The position numbers and the translations under genes are program-made. The notes below the pieces were generated by a model. That model made no database searches and had not been told where the DNA came from. It saw nothing but the letters and a program-made list of their open reading frames with translations. From assembly GCA_023205875.1 (NCBI GenBank), contig CP060758.1:1-64000 (forward strand): a stretch of DNA of 64,000 nt, written 5' to 3'. Source of the stretch: Chloropicon primus. Lineage: Eukaryota. Positions 8,365 to 19,604 of this stretch are shown here, piece after piece (within the stretch, counting starts at the first letter, position 1; every line of letters begins with the position of its first letter).

Positions 8365-11118
8365 ACAACACCAGCACCAGCACCAGCACCAACACCAGGA
8401 ACGAGGGGGAGGACTTGGGGAGGAGCAGGAGGGGCAAGGGCGAAGGGGGCGCTGCGCTGCACCACCAACAACCAGGCCACGCAGAACAGGGTTGTGCAGA
8501 GGGGGAGGATGGCGACCACCTCGAGGCCTGCCTGGTCCCGCCTCGTCAAAAGAATAGGGGGCTACTGGGGGAGGAACCAACACCAACACCGACACCTGAA
8601 CCTGAGCCTCATCCCGAACAGGCTCCTCGTGGCCTGTCCCTCCACGAGTGGAGGAGGAGACTCTGGGTTTTCGACGCTGGTTGTCGTGGAGTCCCCGACC
8701 AAAGCGAAGAAGGTGGCGAGGTTCCTGAACGGCAAGGGGGAGGAGCACGAGGAGGAGATCCTCCGTTCGCTGGGAAGGGTGGAGGTCCTGGCCTCCTACG
8801 GCCACGTGAGGGACCTCGAGGGGAAGCCGGGGGCGGTGGACCCCGCGAAGGAGTTTGAGCTCAGGTGGTCGGTGAGCCCGAGGGCGAAGCCGAGGCTCGA
8901 GGCGATCAAGCAGGCGGCAAGCAGGTGCGACAGGATTCTCCTGGCGACTGATCCCGACAGGGAAGGCGAGGGGATCGCCTGGCACCTCCAGGAGGAGCTC
9001 GAAAAGTGGGTCAAGGCGAGCAAGAGAGGGAGCAAGCTTGACGCTCGTGATCTTCAGATCGAGCGCATAACCTTCAACGAGGTGACCAAGCAAGCCGTTC
9101 TGGGATCTTTGTCGGAGAGCAGGGACGTTTCCACGGCGCTGGTGGATGCGTACAGAGCGAGGCGAGCCCTGGACCACCTAGTGGGGTTCAACCTGAGCCC
9201 CGTGCTGTGGAGGAAGCTCCCTGGAAGCAAGAGCGCGGGAAGGGTGCAGTCCGCGGCGCTCAGGATGATCTGCGAGAGGGACGAGGAGATCGCCAAGTTC
9301 GTGCCGCAGGAGTACTGGAGCGTGAAGTGCGACCTGAGGGTGGACGACCCAGCGGCCCCGGACGCGAGGCACACTTTCGAGGGCGCCAATCTGGTGAGGG
9401 CCCACGGGGAGAAGCTCGGAAAGTTTTCCCTGAGCAGAGAGGACGAGGCGCTCGCTGCAGCTCGGTCGGTCGAGGAGTCGGAGATCTTCCTGACGCGGGT
9501 AAAGGAGAGCGTGTCCAGGAAGTCCCCGAGGAGGCCCCTGACCACATCCACCCTGCAGCAGCTGGCGTCCTCGAGATTGGGCATGTCTGCCGTCGAAACG
9601 ATGATGGTGGCCCAAAAACTGTACGAGGGCGACCACAGCAGCTCCGGGGAGGGCCTCATCACGTACATGAGGACGGACGGCACGTACCTGTCTCCCTCGT
9701 TCATCAGCAGTGCGCGGGCGTTTGTGGGAGAGAAGTATGGCGAGGAATACTTGCCGGAGAAGCCCAGGATGTTCGCCAGCAAGTCCAAAAACGCTCAGGA
9801 GGCCCACGAGGCGATCCGGCCGACCAGCGTGAAGGCCGAGCCGGCGCTGCTCGTGAACAAGCTCGAACCAAAGGCCTGGAAGCTGTACAACCTCATCTGG
9901 ACCACCAGTGTGGCCTGCCAGATGTCGGACACCAGGATCAAGACGCTGTCCTTTGAATTCGGGGATGAGGACGCCAGCATTCTTCTCAGGAGCAGCGCGA
10001 GCGCGGTGGTCTTTCCTGGACACCAGGTTCTGAACAAAGAGAAGGAGGAGGAGAACAAAGCCAACTTGAGGGTCTTGGAGTCGCTGAGCAAGCTCGAACC
10101 GAAATTGAGGTGCTTGGCCTCCAACCACGAGCCCTCGCAGCACTTCACATCCCCGCCCCCCAAATTCAGCGACGGGTCGCTCGTGAAGGCGCTGGAGGAA
10201 GAGGGTATAGGCCGACCCTCAACGTATGCGCCCATCATCAAGGTGCTGACGAGCCGGAACTACATTGTGCGCAGGAGCGGAAGGCTCATCCCTACCGCAA
10301 GGGGCCACCTGGTGACCACCTTCCTGAGGCACTACTTCGAAAAGTACGTTGATTACAGTTACACGAGCGACATGGAGGAGAAGCTGGACAAGGTGTCGAA
10401 CAACGAGCTGGACTGGACCTTCTTGCTCACGAATTTTTGGTCGAGTTTCGAGCCAAATGTGTCTGACGTGCTTCAGATACGAAACAGGGTGATCATCGAT
10501 GAGCTAGACAGCATCCTGGGCGACGCCCTGGTCTCTGGCTTGGAGTTGGACAACGAAGAGGAAAACAAGAGACGGTGTCCTTCCTGTGGGAGCGGCACGC
10601 TGGGCCTCAAGCTCAGCAGGTTTGGCGGGTTCGTGGGGTGCAGCAACTACGGCAGCAAGACCAACGAGTGCAATTTCGGTGTCCCCCTGGACATGTGCTT
10701 CGGGTCCTCGAAGAACATCGCGACTCACAGCTTCGACCCGAGCGCGGTAGGCGTGGTGGGCCAGGACGGGGACGGGCGCGAGATCCACATGAAGCTGGGG
10801 CCGTACGGCTACTATATCCAGCGGGAGGACGGGAGGGTCGCGTCCTTGCCGAGGGAATACCAGCCTACCACCTTGACGGTTGAGGAGGCCACTGTGGTTT
10901 TGAGCGAGAAGGGAAAGTTCAGGAAAACGAAGGAGAAGAAGAAGGCCAGCGATGCGGGCAGCAGGGGCGCTGGCGAGAAGAAGAAGGCTAATCCTTTCAT
11001 TGCCTTCATGCAAGCGGAAAAGGACAGAGTTGTCAAAGCTAACCCTGACAAAACGTGGCAGGAATGCTTGAAGATCATAGCAAGCGAGTACAAGGCGTCG
11101 GCCAGCGAGGCCCAGTAA
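8359..11118 (+). CDS. topA: Bacterial-type DNA topoisomerase IA, organelle-targeted, with C-terminal HMG-like box
   Basis: TOPRIM VVVESPTKAK, ASYGHVRDL, LATDPDREGE, SAGRVQS, catalytic LITYMRTD, GIGRPSTY, C4 Zn ribbon, GPYGYY C-terminal repeat; N-terminal transit-like extension (alternative ATG 8509). Confidence 0.93.
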   Translation: MRTTPAPAPAPTPGTRGRTWGGAGGARAKGALRCTTNNQATQNRVVQRGRMATTSRPAWSRLVKRIGGYWGRNQHQHRHLNLSLIPNRLLVACPSTSGGGDSGFSTLVVVESPTKAKKVARFLNGKGEEHEEEILRSLGRVEVLASYGHVRDLEGKPGAVDPAKEFELRWSVSPRAKPRLEAIKQAASRCDRILLATDPDREGEGIAWHLQEELEKWVKASKRGSKLDARDLQIERITFNEVTKQAVLGSLSESRDVSTALVDAYRARRALDHLVGFNLSPVLWRKLPGSKSAGRVQSAALRMICERDEEIAKFVPQEYWSVKCDLRVDDPAAPDARHTFEGANLVRAHGEKLGKFSLSREDEALAAARSVEESEIFLTRVKESVSRKSPRRPLTTSTLQQLASSRLGMSAVETMMVAQKLYEGDHSSSGEGLITYMRTDGTYLSPSFISSARAFVGEKYGEEYLPEKPRMFASKSKNAQEAHEAIRPTSVKAEPALLVNKLEPKAWKLYNLIWTTSVACQMSDTRIKTLSFEFGDEDASILLRSSASAVVFPGHQVLNKEKEEENKANLRVLESLSKLEPKLRCLASNHEPSQHFTSPPPKFSDGSLVKALEEEGIGRPSTYAPIIKVLTSRNYIVRRSGRLIPTARGHLVTTFLRHYFEKYVDYSYTSDMEEKLDKVSNNELDWTFLLTNFWSSFEPNVSDVLQIRNRVIIDELDSILGDALVSGLELDNEEENKRRCPSCGSGTLGLKLSRFGGFVGCSNYGSKTNECNFGVPLDMCFGSSKNIATHSFDPSAVGVVGQDGDGREIHMKLGPYGYYIQREDGRVASLPREYQPTTLTVEEATVVLSEKGKFRKTKEKKKASDAGSRGAGEKKKANPFIAFMQAEKDRVVKANPDKTWQECLKIIASEYKASASEAQ

Positions 11119-11213
11119 GCTGCAGGATGATGATCACCAGAGAATCTATCTATCTTCTCCGGTGGTTGGTTGTATACAATTAAAATTACAACAGAAAGGC
11201 GAAGCACTTCGCG

Positions 11214-12014
11214 TCACTCGAGTCCCATTTGCTTCTTCAGCTCCCGCAGCTCCTGATCGGCGTCAAAGGAGGCCTTGGAGGAGGGTTTGGCCGATGAACC
11301 CGGTGCCCGGGCCGCTCCCGTGCTTGCCTTTTCCCCCGAACCCGGGTCTGTGTGAGCCCCCCCCGAGCTGGCTCCCCTGCTGCCACTTCCCTTGGCCGAG
11401 GACGAAGGAGAGGGGGACGTCTTTCCTTCCAAGAAGTCGAGGAGGTCCTCTCCAAGCTTCCTTAAGATTGCGTCGTCGCCCTTCTGCCCCTCGCTGCCCT
11501 TGGAATAAGCTGAGAATTCCTCCTCGATGTCCCGGAAGAGGTCTGCGAATCCGTAGAACTCGGGCTCCTCCCTCCCCCTCCTCCCCCCCCCGCCCGTGGC
11601 GAAGAAGTCGAAGGCGTCGTCCACCGACCCCCCGGCGAAGATCTTCTCCGCCCTCCTCTTCCTGTCGTACTCCTTCCTCGCCTCGTCGTTCGACAGCACC
11701 GCGTAGGCCTTGGCGATCCGCTTGAACTTGTTCGCATCCCCGCCCTCCACGTCGGGGTGCGTCGTCTTCGCCAGCTTCCTGTACGCCCTCTTGATTTCCC
11801 TCGCACTGGCTCCCTCCGCCACACCCAACAAGTCGTAGAGCGTCTCGTTCCCCCCCGTTCCCGTTCCCGTTCCCGTCGCTGCTGCTTCCCCCCTCGCCCT
11901 CCCCCCCACAAGCCTCCCACCCAACCCCAACCCCAACCCCCGATCCACCTTCCTCGTCCCTCCCCCCATCCCCCTCAACCTCATCCTCATCCTCATCCTC
12001 ATCCTCATCCTCAT
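11214..12014 (-). CDS. J-domain (DnaJ type C) protein, probably plastid-targeted
   Basis: TLYDLLGV..IKRAYRKLAKTTHPD..AYAVLSN; C-terminal DQELRELKKQMGL; start uncertain. Confidence 0.8.
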   Translation of the reverse strand: MRMRMRMRMRMRLRGMGGGTRKVDRGLGLGLGGRLVGGRARGEAAATGTGTGTGGNETLYDLLGVAEGASAREIKRAYRKLAKTTHPDVEGGDANKFKRIAKAYAVLSNDEARKEYDRKRRAEKIFAGGSVDDAFDFFATGGGGRRGREEPEFYGFADLFRDIEEEFSAYSKGSEGQKGDDAILRKLGEDLLDFLEGKTSPSPSSSAKGSGSRGASSGGAHTDPGSGEKASTGAARAPGSSAKPSSKASFDADQELRELKKQMGLE

Positions 12015-12289
12015 CCTCGTCCTGGTTGCGTCCCTTCCCGCTCCTGCGTCCTGCGTCCTGTGTGTTGTGTCTCGTGTTCGTGTTCGTGTTCGTGTTCGTG
12101 CTCGTGTTCGTGGCGGTGTCGTTGGTGGTGACGTTGATGTTGCCCTTCCCGCCTCGCCTCCTCCGTCTCCTCCTGCGCTGCGTCCTCCGCGCCCCGCCCC
12201 GCTCCAGCTTCCTCCATCCATTGACCCAAGGCGGAGTCTTGGACTTCACCTTTGGCTTGGCTTGGGAGGAGTGCCTTTGCGTGATGCAT

Positions 12290-14040
12290 ATGGTGACCAA
12301 GAGGAGGGAGGGGGGGAGGCCGCCATCAAGGCTGGCCAAACTACAAGGAACACACTTGGGTTCACACGACAAGGACAAGGACCTACTTCCCTTGACAATA
12401 CACCACCTGGACTCCAACAAAAACAAAAACACCACAAGGGACAAGCAGAAGAGGGCCAGGAACAACAGGAAGGGGAAAGCCAGGGAGCTCATGCTCAAGC
12501 ACAAGGAGAAGTTTCACAAAATCATCAGGTCTACCGCTTTGGGAATAAGCGTCTGCATGCTCGGGCTTATCCTCGCGAGCATCATACTCATAGTGCAAGT
12601 GGAGTACTGCAGGTGAGGAGGAGGAGGAGTGTGTGTAGGAGGAGGAGTGCACGAGGACCAAGCCGCGCGAGGCGAGGGCCACGAGCGTCATCCACAACCA
12701 GATCCTTGCCCTGTGTCTTGTGTTGTGCAACCCCATTGTCTGACTCGGCCTTCTTTCTCTCTTTGTTGGTATGGCGGTGTTGCCCATCATCAACATCAAC
12801 CATCAACATCATCAACAACATCATGAACAGGTACCCGAGGCACAGCAAGGAGGAGGAGTTTCGTTATGAGATAAGTTTCGAGGCCACGAACCTGACGAAG
12901 ATCGCAAGGGATGGGAAGATAAAAAAGGTGATTGGGCCCAAGATAGACGAGCTGCGGATCGAACAGAACTTTGGGACGGTGAAGTTCGTGGAGAACTCTG
13001 ACTTGACTGCGAACGAGGTTGTGTTTCGGGTGAAGAACAGGGCTGCAGACAAGTATTTTCTGAGCAGGATCTCCCGCCTTCACGTGGACATTGGGCAGAA
13101 GGTCCTTCTTGTCGGGAATAAGCCGTCGGAGCTCAGGGCAAACGTGACTCTGGAAGCTCGAACGAGCAACTCCCTGTCCGGTGCTTTCAAGTGCAGGCGG
13201 GCGGACGTGGAGGTGGAGGTCCCGACTGCGTGCCTCCTGGACGAGACCAAGCTGATCACGAACGTAACGAAAGGTCACATCACTTCGAGGAGCCTCTCCG
13301 CGGCGAACTTCGAGACGGTGTCGATTGTGAACGAGGTGGGGGATATCCAGGCCAACGACTTGCATGCTTTTAAGATTGAGCTGAACACTTCGACGGGTAC
13401 GATCAGCACGAACAACACGGCGTGTCACACGATGAGGGTGAACACGGACGAGGACCGGGACGGAGCCATTTTGAATATCCACAACGTGACCTTGTTTGAG
13501 GGGGACAACAAGAACGCGTGCGTGGAGGCCACCGAGTACGCTCCAGGGTTCCCGCAGACCAAGGAGTACGAGGTCAGGACCTTGCACTGCGAGACGGAGC
13601 CGGGAGTTCTGGTCATCGACTCCAAGGGCGCGGAGAACGGGGGGAAGCCGGCGGTGTACTTGGGGAGAATCAAGGGGGGGAACGTGAAGCAGAAAATCAA
13701 GGTGGGACACACCCGCTTGCAGGTCATGGGTTGCCTGGACTTCATCGGTCAGTACGTTCTCAGAACGGCGGCAGGGTCCATCAAGATCAACGAGAAGACG
13801 GACCATTTCCGGGACACTGGGTTCTTCCAGGTCGCCTTGAGCAACGAGGCGGGATCCCTCGTGGTTCTCAACACCAGAACCAGCACCACTGGCACCAAGT
13901 ATGGCACAATCTGCCAGAACCAGACGTTTGCGCAGGTGGGGGACCGCGACGGAACCAACCTCACCAACCAGACCCTCGAGATTGAAGCCGAGGTGACAGG
14001 GGACATCTACTTGGACGTGTACCCCCCTTACATCACTTGA
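12290..14040 (+). CDS. Type II membrane protein with DUF4097/adhesin-like beta-repeat ectodomain; exons 12290-12612 and 12831-14040
   Basis: Single TM (LGISVCMLGLILASIILIV); GT..AG intron 12613-12830 restores frame (YCR|YPRH); repeats such as VTKGHI, NEVGDI, TSTGTI, TAAGSI. Confidence 0.6.
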
Positions 14041-14497
14041 TGAAGAGCCCTCGCGTGATTGTTGTTGTATATTCCTTACTTTTTTGTACCAAGGCCACAA
14101 GCCAAGCAGCAGCAGCAGTTGTTCTGATCCATCCATCGGATCTCCACCTTGCTCTTGCTCTCCCTTGACTCTGCAGCACTTTCGTGGCTTCAAGTCAAGA
14201 TCAGATCAGGACAAGACTTTCACTCCACTCCCTCTCTTGTTCCTCCAAGACCAAAGGCCGGAGAATATTCGCCCCTCTCCTCTCCTCTCCCTCCTGCAGG
14301 CCAGGCCAGGCACTCTCGGCTTGGCGTACCTCCTGGGAACGCAACGCAAGGTAAGGTACGTGGAACAAGAACCCGTCGGAGGAGAGGATCACGCGGACTA
14401 CTGGACCGAAGCTTGCCTTGACTTGCCTTGACTTGCCTGACGAAGTGTAGACGCGTTTGATGGAACGAACACAAAACGAACCGAACCGGTCGTGGTG

Positions 14498-15085
14498 ATG
14501 GTGATGATGATGATGATGGCCACAGCAGGTGGATTGAGACTCGCAAGGAGCCTAGCAACGAGGTCGACCTCGTCCGTAGGCCTCTGCAGCGAGAGGCGCG
14601 GACACAAGACAGGAACGGCGATGGGGTGTGCAGCCTCGTCGTATTCGACCAGCGATCAAAATGATCACGCCGTTTATTACGTCACTGTCAACTCCAAGAC
14701 GCTTGGGGTGAAAATCGCAGAGTCTCTGTTGACGGACAAGCTCGCGGCCTGCGTGAACATCATACCTGGTGTGGAGTCCATGTACTGGGTGAGTCTGGCG
14801 TTTGGTTTGCTTCTCTTTCATCGCCGAGCGCGCGCTCAAAGGCCTGACACACCTTTTCGTTTGCCATTCTGTTGTTGTTTGTGTCTGCAGTGGGAGGGGA
14901 AAGTTGAGACGGACCAGGAGCTCCTGTTGATGATCAAGAGCAGCCGCGCCCTTTTGAACCAGATCACGAAGAGGGTGAAAGAACAGCATGAGTACGACAC
15001 GCCTGAGGTGATTGCTGTCCCTATTGTCGGAGGGAGCACGCAATACCTCAACTGGATAAAGGAAAACACGAGAAGGCCTCGGTAG
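14498..15085 (+). CDS. CUTA: CutA divalent-cation tolerance protein; intron 14789-14890
   Basis: KLAACVNIIPGVESMYW|WEGKVETDQELLLMIKS..HEYDTPEVIAVPI..YLNWI; 102-nt GT..AG intron. Confidence 0.92.
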   Translation: MVMMMMMATAGGLRLARSLATRSTSSVGLCSERRGHKTGTAMGCAASSYSTSDQNDHAVYYVTVNSKTLGVKIAESLLTDKLAACVNIIPGVESMYWVSLAFGLLLFHRRARAQRPDTPFRLPFCCCLCLQWEGKVETDQELLLMIKSSRALLNQITKRVKEQHEYDTPEVIAVPIVGGSTQYLNWIKENTRRPR

Positions 15086-15273
15086 CGACACAGACACGGG
15101 CACAGAGAGATAGAGATAGGGTGAGAATCATCCTCACCATCCATCATCATCATGATGTATAGATAATTGTTAGCATCCACTTTATTTTGCAACGCTTGTT
15201 GTTGCGTTCGTCCAACCACTTGCCCCAGGGCCAGTCCTGTGGTCGAAGTCCAATAATATCTTCCGTGCCGTGC

Positions 15274-15912
15274 CTAAGCCTTTGACTTTTTGGAGGAGGA
15301 TTTCCTGGAGTCTTTGTCCCTGCCCTTCTTCTTCTTCTTGTCCTTCTTCTCTTTCTTCAGCTTCTTCTTCTTCACTTTCAACTTCTTGTCCGGGCCGCTC
15401 GACTTGTGCTTCTCGCTCTTCCGTTCCCGCTTCACGCTCGCGACGAGCTCGTCCAGCGTCTTCGCGCCCGTGTCCAGCTCGAACGCCGGCCCGTCCACCA
15501 TCCCCTCGTCCTCCTCCTCGTCCGTCCCGCCACCGCCTCGGCAACCGTTCTCCTCCGCCTTGACGTGGTTGCCATTGGCGAGTCCCGCGAGAGCCCGCTT
15601 GCAGACCTCTGAGTCCTCCCCTCCGAGGTGGTCCGCGAGGGCAGAAACGACGAGCCTCAATTGATCGACGCTGCCGCAGCCTCCCTTGCTCTCGCTCTTG
15701 TTCTTGTTCTTGCTCTTGCTCTTGCTCTTGTCGTCGTCGTCATTCTCAGCAGCGCTGGTATTGATGGTGTTGATGGTGGTGCTGGTGGCGCCAGCCTCTT
15801 GCTCGTGTTTCTTTCTCCGGATGAAGTCGGCTATGGTGTGCAGGGCTTCCTCCATGCAGCAAGGTTCCCACGTCGATGACACGACATCACACGTCGTGGA
15901 CACATCCGCCAT
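15274..15912 (-). CDS. Hypothetical protein with Lys-rich C-terminus (possibly nucleolar)
   Basis: 212-aa ATG-initiated ORF; no family recognised. Confidence 0.55.
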   Translation of the reverse strand: MADVSTTCDVVSSTWEPCCMEEALHTIADFIRRKKHEQEAGATSTTINTINTSAAENDDDDKSKSKSKNKNKSESKGGCGSVDQLRLVVSALADHLGGEDSEVCKRALAGLANGNHVKAEENGCRGGGGTDEEEDEGMVDGPAFELDTGAKTLDELVASVKRERKSEKHKSSGPDKKLKVKKKKLKKEKKDKKKKKGRDKDSRKSSSKKSKA

Positions 15913-16238
15913 GGTCCCAAGTCCCTCCCCTCGTTCACCTCCTCTCGCCTCCTCCTTCGCCTCGCGCTCTCGTCGTCTTGGTGTGCGGCTCGAGGGCGGA
16001 GCGGATCCCCAAACCTGCAGGAGTTACGAACCAAGGGGAGGAGAGGGGGAGGGGGAGGGGGAGGGTCTCTTGGTGCCACCGATGGATTCAATGACGCAAG
16101 GGAGAGGGGGAAGAACACCTGTCTATCCTGGATAAGGTTAAGGTACAAACGATTTTTAATCATGGGAGTGGTGTCGTTGGTGGTGGTGATGGTAGGTGAT
16201 GGTATATAGAGTACTTGTTTGGCATTGTTCCCGCTGCT

Positions 16239-19200
16239 CTAGAACATGCTCTGCCTCCGCGCCACTTGCATGGGCTGCTGACCGGTCTTCCTCCTCGCGC
16301 TGTTGATCCTGGCCTCCTTCTTGCTCTTCAGCATCCAGCTGAGGATGGCGTCCTGCCCAGAGGTCTGCTTTGTGGGGGCGGAACCGCCGTTGGCGAAGTT
16401 CTTGTTGTAAGACTCCTCCCTGTTCAGCAGCTCCACCTTGAGCTCCCTCATCTTCTGCATGGTGTCCTCCAGAACCTCGTCCTTCCTCACCATCTCGGTC
16501 CTCAGCTCAGAAATCAGCGCCAGGTCCTCTTCCCTCGATTCCCTGGCCTGGAAGCGAGCGTCGAGCTCGTCGTACCTGTTCGTCAAGTCCGCGAACACTG
16601 CCTCGTGTTCCAAGATTCTCTTCTCCTGCTCCATCTTGATCGCAATGATCTCCTCCCCGTGGTTGGTCGTGAGGTCCTGCAGCGTTGTCCTGTGGGCCGC
16701 GTCGGCCCGCTTCAAAGCGTCCTCGTGGCTGTGCTTCAAGTCGGACATCGCCATGGCCGCGTGCTGGGACTCCTCGACCCGCCTTCTCTCGAGATCCGAG
16801 TTCTCTCTCTGAGACTTCTCGAACTCGTCCTTGAGGCTCGACAACGACGTCGTCAGCTTCTGGATCTCCTTGCCCTGGCTGGAAATCTGATCGGAGCTCT
16901 CCTGGGCTTCCTTCTCCAGCTTCTTCACAGTCAGCTGGTGCTTCTTGTCCGAGGCCTGGATCTGTGAAAAGAAGTCGTCCGACAACGACTTTTGCAGGTC
17001 GCTCATCTCGTTGGCGTGCTTTTCATTCAGGCTCGCAGTGTGGTCGCTCAGCTTCTGCTCCCACCCGTTCACGGTCTCTTCCAAGGTGGCCCGGTGCTCC
17101 CTCGCGGCCTGTGCAGCAGACTCCTTGAGTTTCTCGACCTCGCCTTGGTGCACATTGCTCAAGTCAATCTCTGATCGCATCCTCGCCTCCATGGCATCGT
17201 CCAGCGCGGACTTGAGCTTGGCATCGAACTCGGTGTTCATGTTCTCCTTCTCGAATCCGAACTTTGCGTGCAAGTTCTCCACCTCGTCCTTGTGGGCCAT
17301 CTCCATCTCCCTCCTCATGGACTCTCCGCCCTCCCTCTCTTCCTTGACATTCTTCTGGTGCAGGGCCTTCTCGTCAAGGAGATCGTTCTCCAGCCTGGCG
17401 ATCTCCGTGCTGAGATCCCCCTCGAGGCTGGACATCCTCTTTTGAGCCTCCTCCCGCGCGGCGCTGAGCTCCTCCTCCTTTTCGGCCAGGTGCTTCTCCT
17501 CCAGGTGCTTCACCTCCTTGGCGTGAAGCGCAATCGTCTCCTCCATGGCTTCCTTGCACTTGGTCTCCGCCTTCTTGCTCCACTCCTTGTCCAAGTTCGA
17601 CAACTCCTTGGCCAGCCTCTGCTTTGCCTTCTCGGAATTCGCGCTCATCTCCTCCTTGAGGCCATCGATGCTCTTTTGCAGATCTTTTTGGGTCTTCAAG
17701 GACTTGGAATACAAAGTTTGCGCCTCCTTCTCGGACGTTTCCAGGTCTTTCAGCTTCTGGTTGAGGCGCGATTCGGATCCATGGGCGCCCTTGAGCTTCT
17801 CCTGGAGCTGGGCGTTCTTCTGCTTGCTGTCGGCCAATTCCTGCTGCAAGGATTTCTGGGCCTGAGCAAACGTGCCCAATTCTTCCTGCTTCAGCTTGTC
17901 CTGCTCTCCGAGCCTTTCCATCAAGTCGGAAATCTCCTGCTTCAACTCGTTCTCGACCTTCTGGCGGGACTCTGAGATCTGGGAGCACTCGATCTCAAAA
18001 CCCTTCTTTGCGTTGCCGAGGTCTATCTCGAGCTTCTTCCTCAACTCGGCCATCTGCGCCCGCATCGAGTCTTCGCTCTTCGACAGCTTGGCCGCCGCGT
18101 CCTTCCTGGCCTGCTCAAGCTGCTGCTTGAAACTCCTCTCCTTTTCCTCGAGCTTCTTCCTGTAGTCCTCGTGGGTGGCCTCCAGCCTCTTGGCCATCTC
18201 CTTCCTCGCGGTCTCTTTGGCCGCGGAGGTCTTGTCGCCGGCGGCCTTGTCCGCCGAAGAGATCCTCTCCTTGAGCCTCGCGATCTCGCTCGACTTTGCA
18301 TCTGACTCCTTCTTGAACTTGTCCCTCCCGGCCTTGACGGTCTCCACATCCTTCTCGGACTGCTTCACCCTCGCCTCCAGGCTGCTGACCTCCTTGGCCT
18401 TCGCCGCAAGATCCGAGTCCAGCTTGTCCATGTTCTCCTGAAGGCTTTGTTGGCACTCCCTAGTGACCTTCAGATCGTCTTGCGTTTGCTTCAGCTGGGC
18501 CTTGGCCTCCTCAAGGTCCTTCATGAGCTGGTCCCTAGCGAGAAGCGAGGCGTCCAGCCTTTTGGTGACTTGACCCACGTCGGAATTCATGCTCTCTTGC
18601 AGCATCGCTTTCTCCGACTCGGCCTTCTGCCTCAGTTCTTCCATCTCCTTGGTCAAGCCCCCTATCTTTTGCTCGAGGTTCCCGATGGTCTCGCTCGTGC
18701 TGGCTTGCGTGTCCTGCAGCTCCTGGCGGCTCGTTTCCAACCTGGAGAGGGCATCGTCGGTCCTCTCGACCTCCTTCCTCAGCTTTCCCTTCTCCACCTC
18801 GAGCTGGTCGATCAGAGACTCCACTTTACCCTTCCACTCCGCTTCGAGCTCCTTCTTCTCGGTGGTAAACTGGATGGTCGCGTCAGCGAGCTTGCATCTC
18901 TCGCTCTCCACGGCCTCGTCCTTGTCGGCCTGTGCACTCTCCAACCTTCTCCTCAAGTCGGCCTCGGAGTTTTGTATCTGCTCCCCCATGGCCTTTATCT
19001 TTGCCATGAGCTCCTCTTCCTTGGTGGTCCGCTCCGCGAGCATCTCGCTGTACTTGTTGTTTCCGGCTTGCCTCGCGCTCTCCAGCTCCTCCTGGGCCTT
19101 CTTCAGCGCGTGCTCGAGCGTGAGGACCTTCTCCTTGGCGTCAGAGACGGAGTTCTCCTCCACTTTGGCCACGATGGCTTTGAACTCCAAGAGCCTCGCC

Positions 19201-19604
19201 GTGAACTCGCCCTTGACGTGCTGCAGCTCGTTCATCAGGCCAGAAACCTGGTGCTCGAACTGCTTCTTGACCGTCATGGACTTCTCACGCAACCTCTGTA
19301 TCTCGTTCTCGTACGCCTTGACTTGCCTGCCGTGATCCTCCTCCAACTTGCGCGTGGCCTGCGCCACCCTCTGGTTGTCGTTCTTCGTCCGGAGCTCGGC
19401 CTGGAAGCGGTTGAGCTTCGAGGCGGTGTCCTGCAAGATGGTCTGAATCTCGTTCTCGTACTGGTTCTCCACATCTTGCAAGTCGTACTCGTGGTCCTCG
19501 TTCTTGTTGTTCAGGTGGTATATCACTTTGGTCAGCTGGGCAATCTTTTTCCCCATACGGTGCTGTATCCCTTCCATCCTATCCAAGTCCGTACTCGTCG
19601 TCAT
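16239..19604 (-). CDS. FAM184-like long coiled-coil protein
   Basis: N-terminal MGKKIAQLTKVIYHLNNKNEDHE and C-terminal RESREEDL..LELLNREESYNKNF-type motifs typical of FAM184; about 1120 aa of heptads. Confidence 0.8.
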   Translation of the reverse strand: MTTSTDLDRMEGIQHRMGKKIAQLTKVIYHLNNKNEDHEYDLQDVENQYENEIQTILQDTASKLNRFQAELRTKNDNQRVAQATRKLEEDHGRQVKAYENEIQRLREKSMTVKKQFEHQVSGLMNELQHVKGEFTARLLEFKAIVAKVEENSVSDAKEKVLTLEHALKKAQEELESARQAGNNKYSEMLAERTTKEEELMAKIKAMGEQIQNSEADLRRRLESAQADKDEAVESERCKLADATIQFTTEKKELEAEWKGKVESLIDQLEVEKGKLRKEVERTDDALSRLETSRQELQDTQASTSETIGNLEQKIGGLTKEMEELRQKAESEKAMLQESMNSDVGQVTKRLDASLLARDQLMKDLEEAKAQLKQTQDDLKVTRECQQSLQENMDKLDSDLAAKAKEVSSLEARVKQSEKDVETVKAGRDKFKKESDAKSSEIARLKERISSADKAAGDKTSAAKETARKEMAKRLEATHEDYRKKLEEKERSFKQQLEQARKDAAAKLSKSEDSMRAQMAELRKKLEIDLGNAKKGFEIECSQISESRQKVENELKQEISDLMERLGEQDKLKQEELGTFAQAQKSLQQELADSKQKNAQLQEKLKGAHGSESRLNQKLKDLETSEKEAQTLYSKSLKTQKDLQKSIDGLKEEMSANSEKAKQRLAKELSNLDKEWSKKAETKCKEAMEETIALHAKEVKHLEEKHLAEKEEELSAAREEAQKRMSSLEGDLSTEIARLENDLLDEKALHQKNVKEEREGGESMRREMEMAHKDEVENLHAKFGFEKENMNTEFDAKLKSALDDAMEARMRSEIDLSNVHQGEVEKLKESAAQAAREHRATLEETVNGWEQKLSDHTASLNEKHANEMSDLQKSLSDDFFSQIQASDKKHQLTVKKLEKEAQESSDQISSQGKEIQKLTTSLSSLKDEFEKSQRENSDLERRRVEESQHAAMAMSDLKHSHEDALKRADAAHRTTLQDLTTNHGEEIIAIKMEQEKRILEHEAVFADLTNRYDELDARFQARESREEDLALISELRTEMVRKDEVLEDTMQKMRELKVELLNREESYNKNFANGGSAPTKQTSGQDAILSWMLKSKKEARINSARRKTGQQPMQVARRQSMF

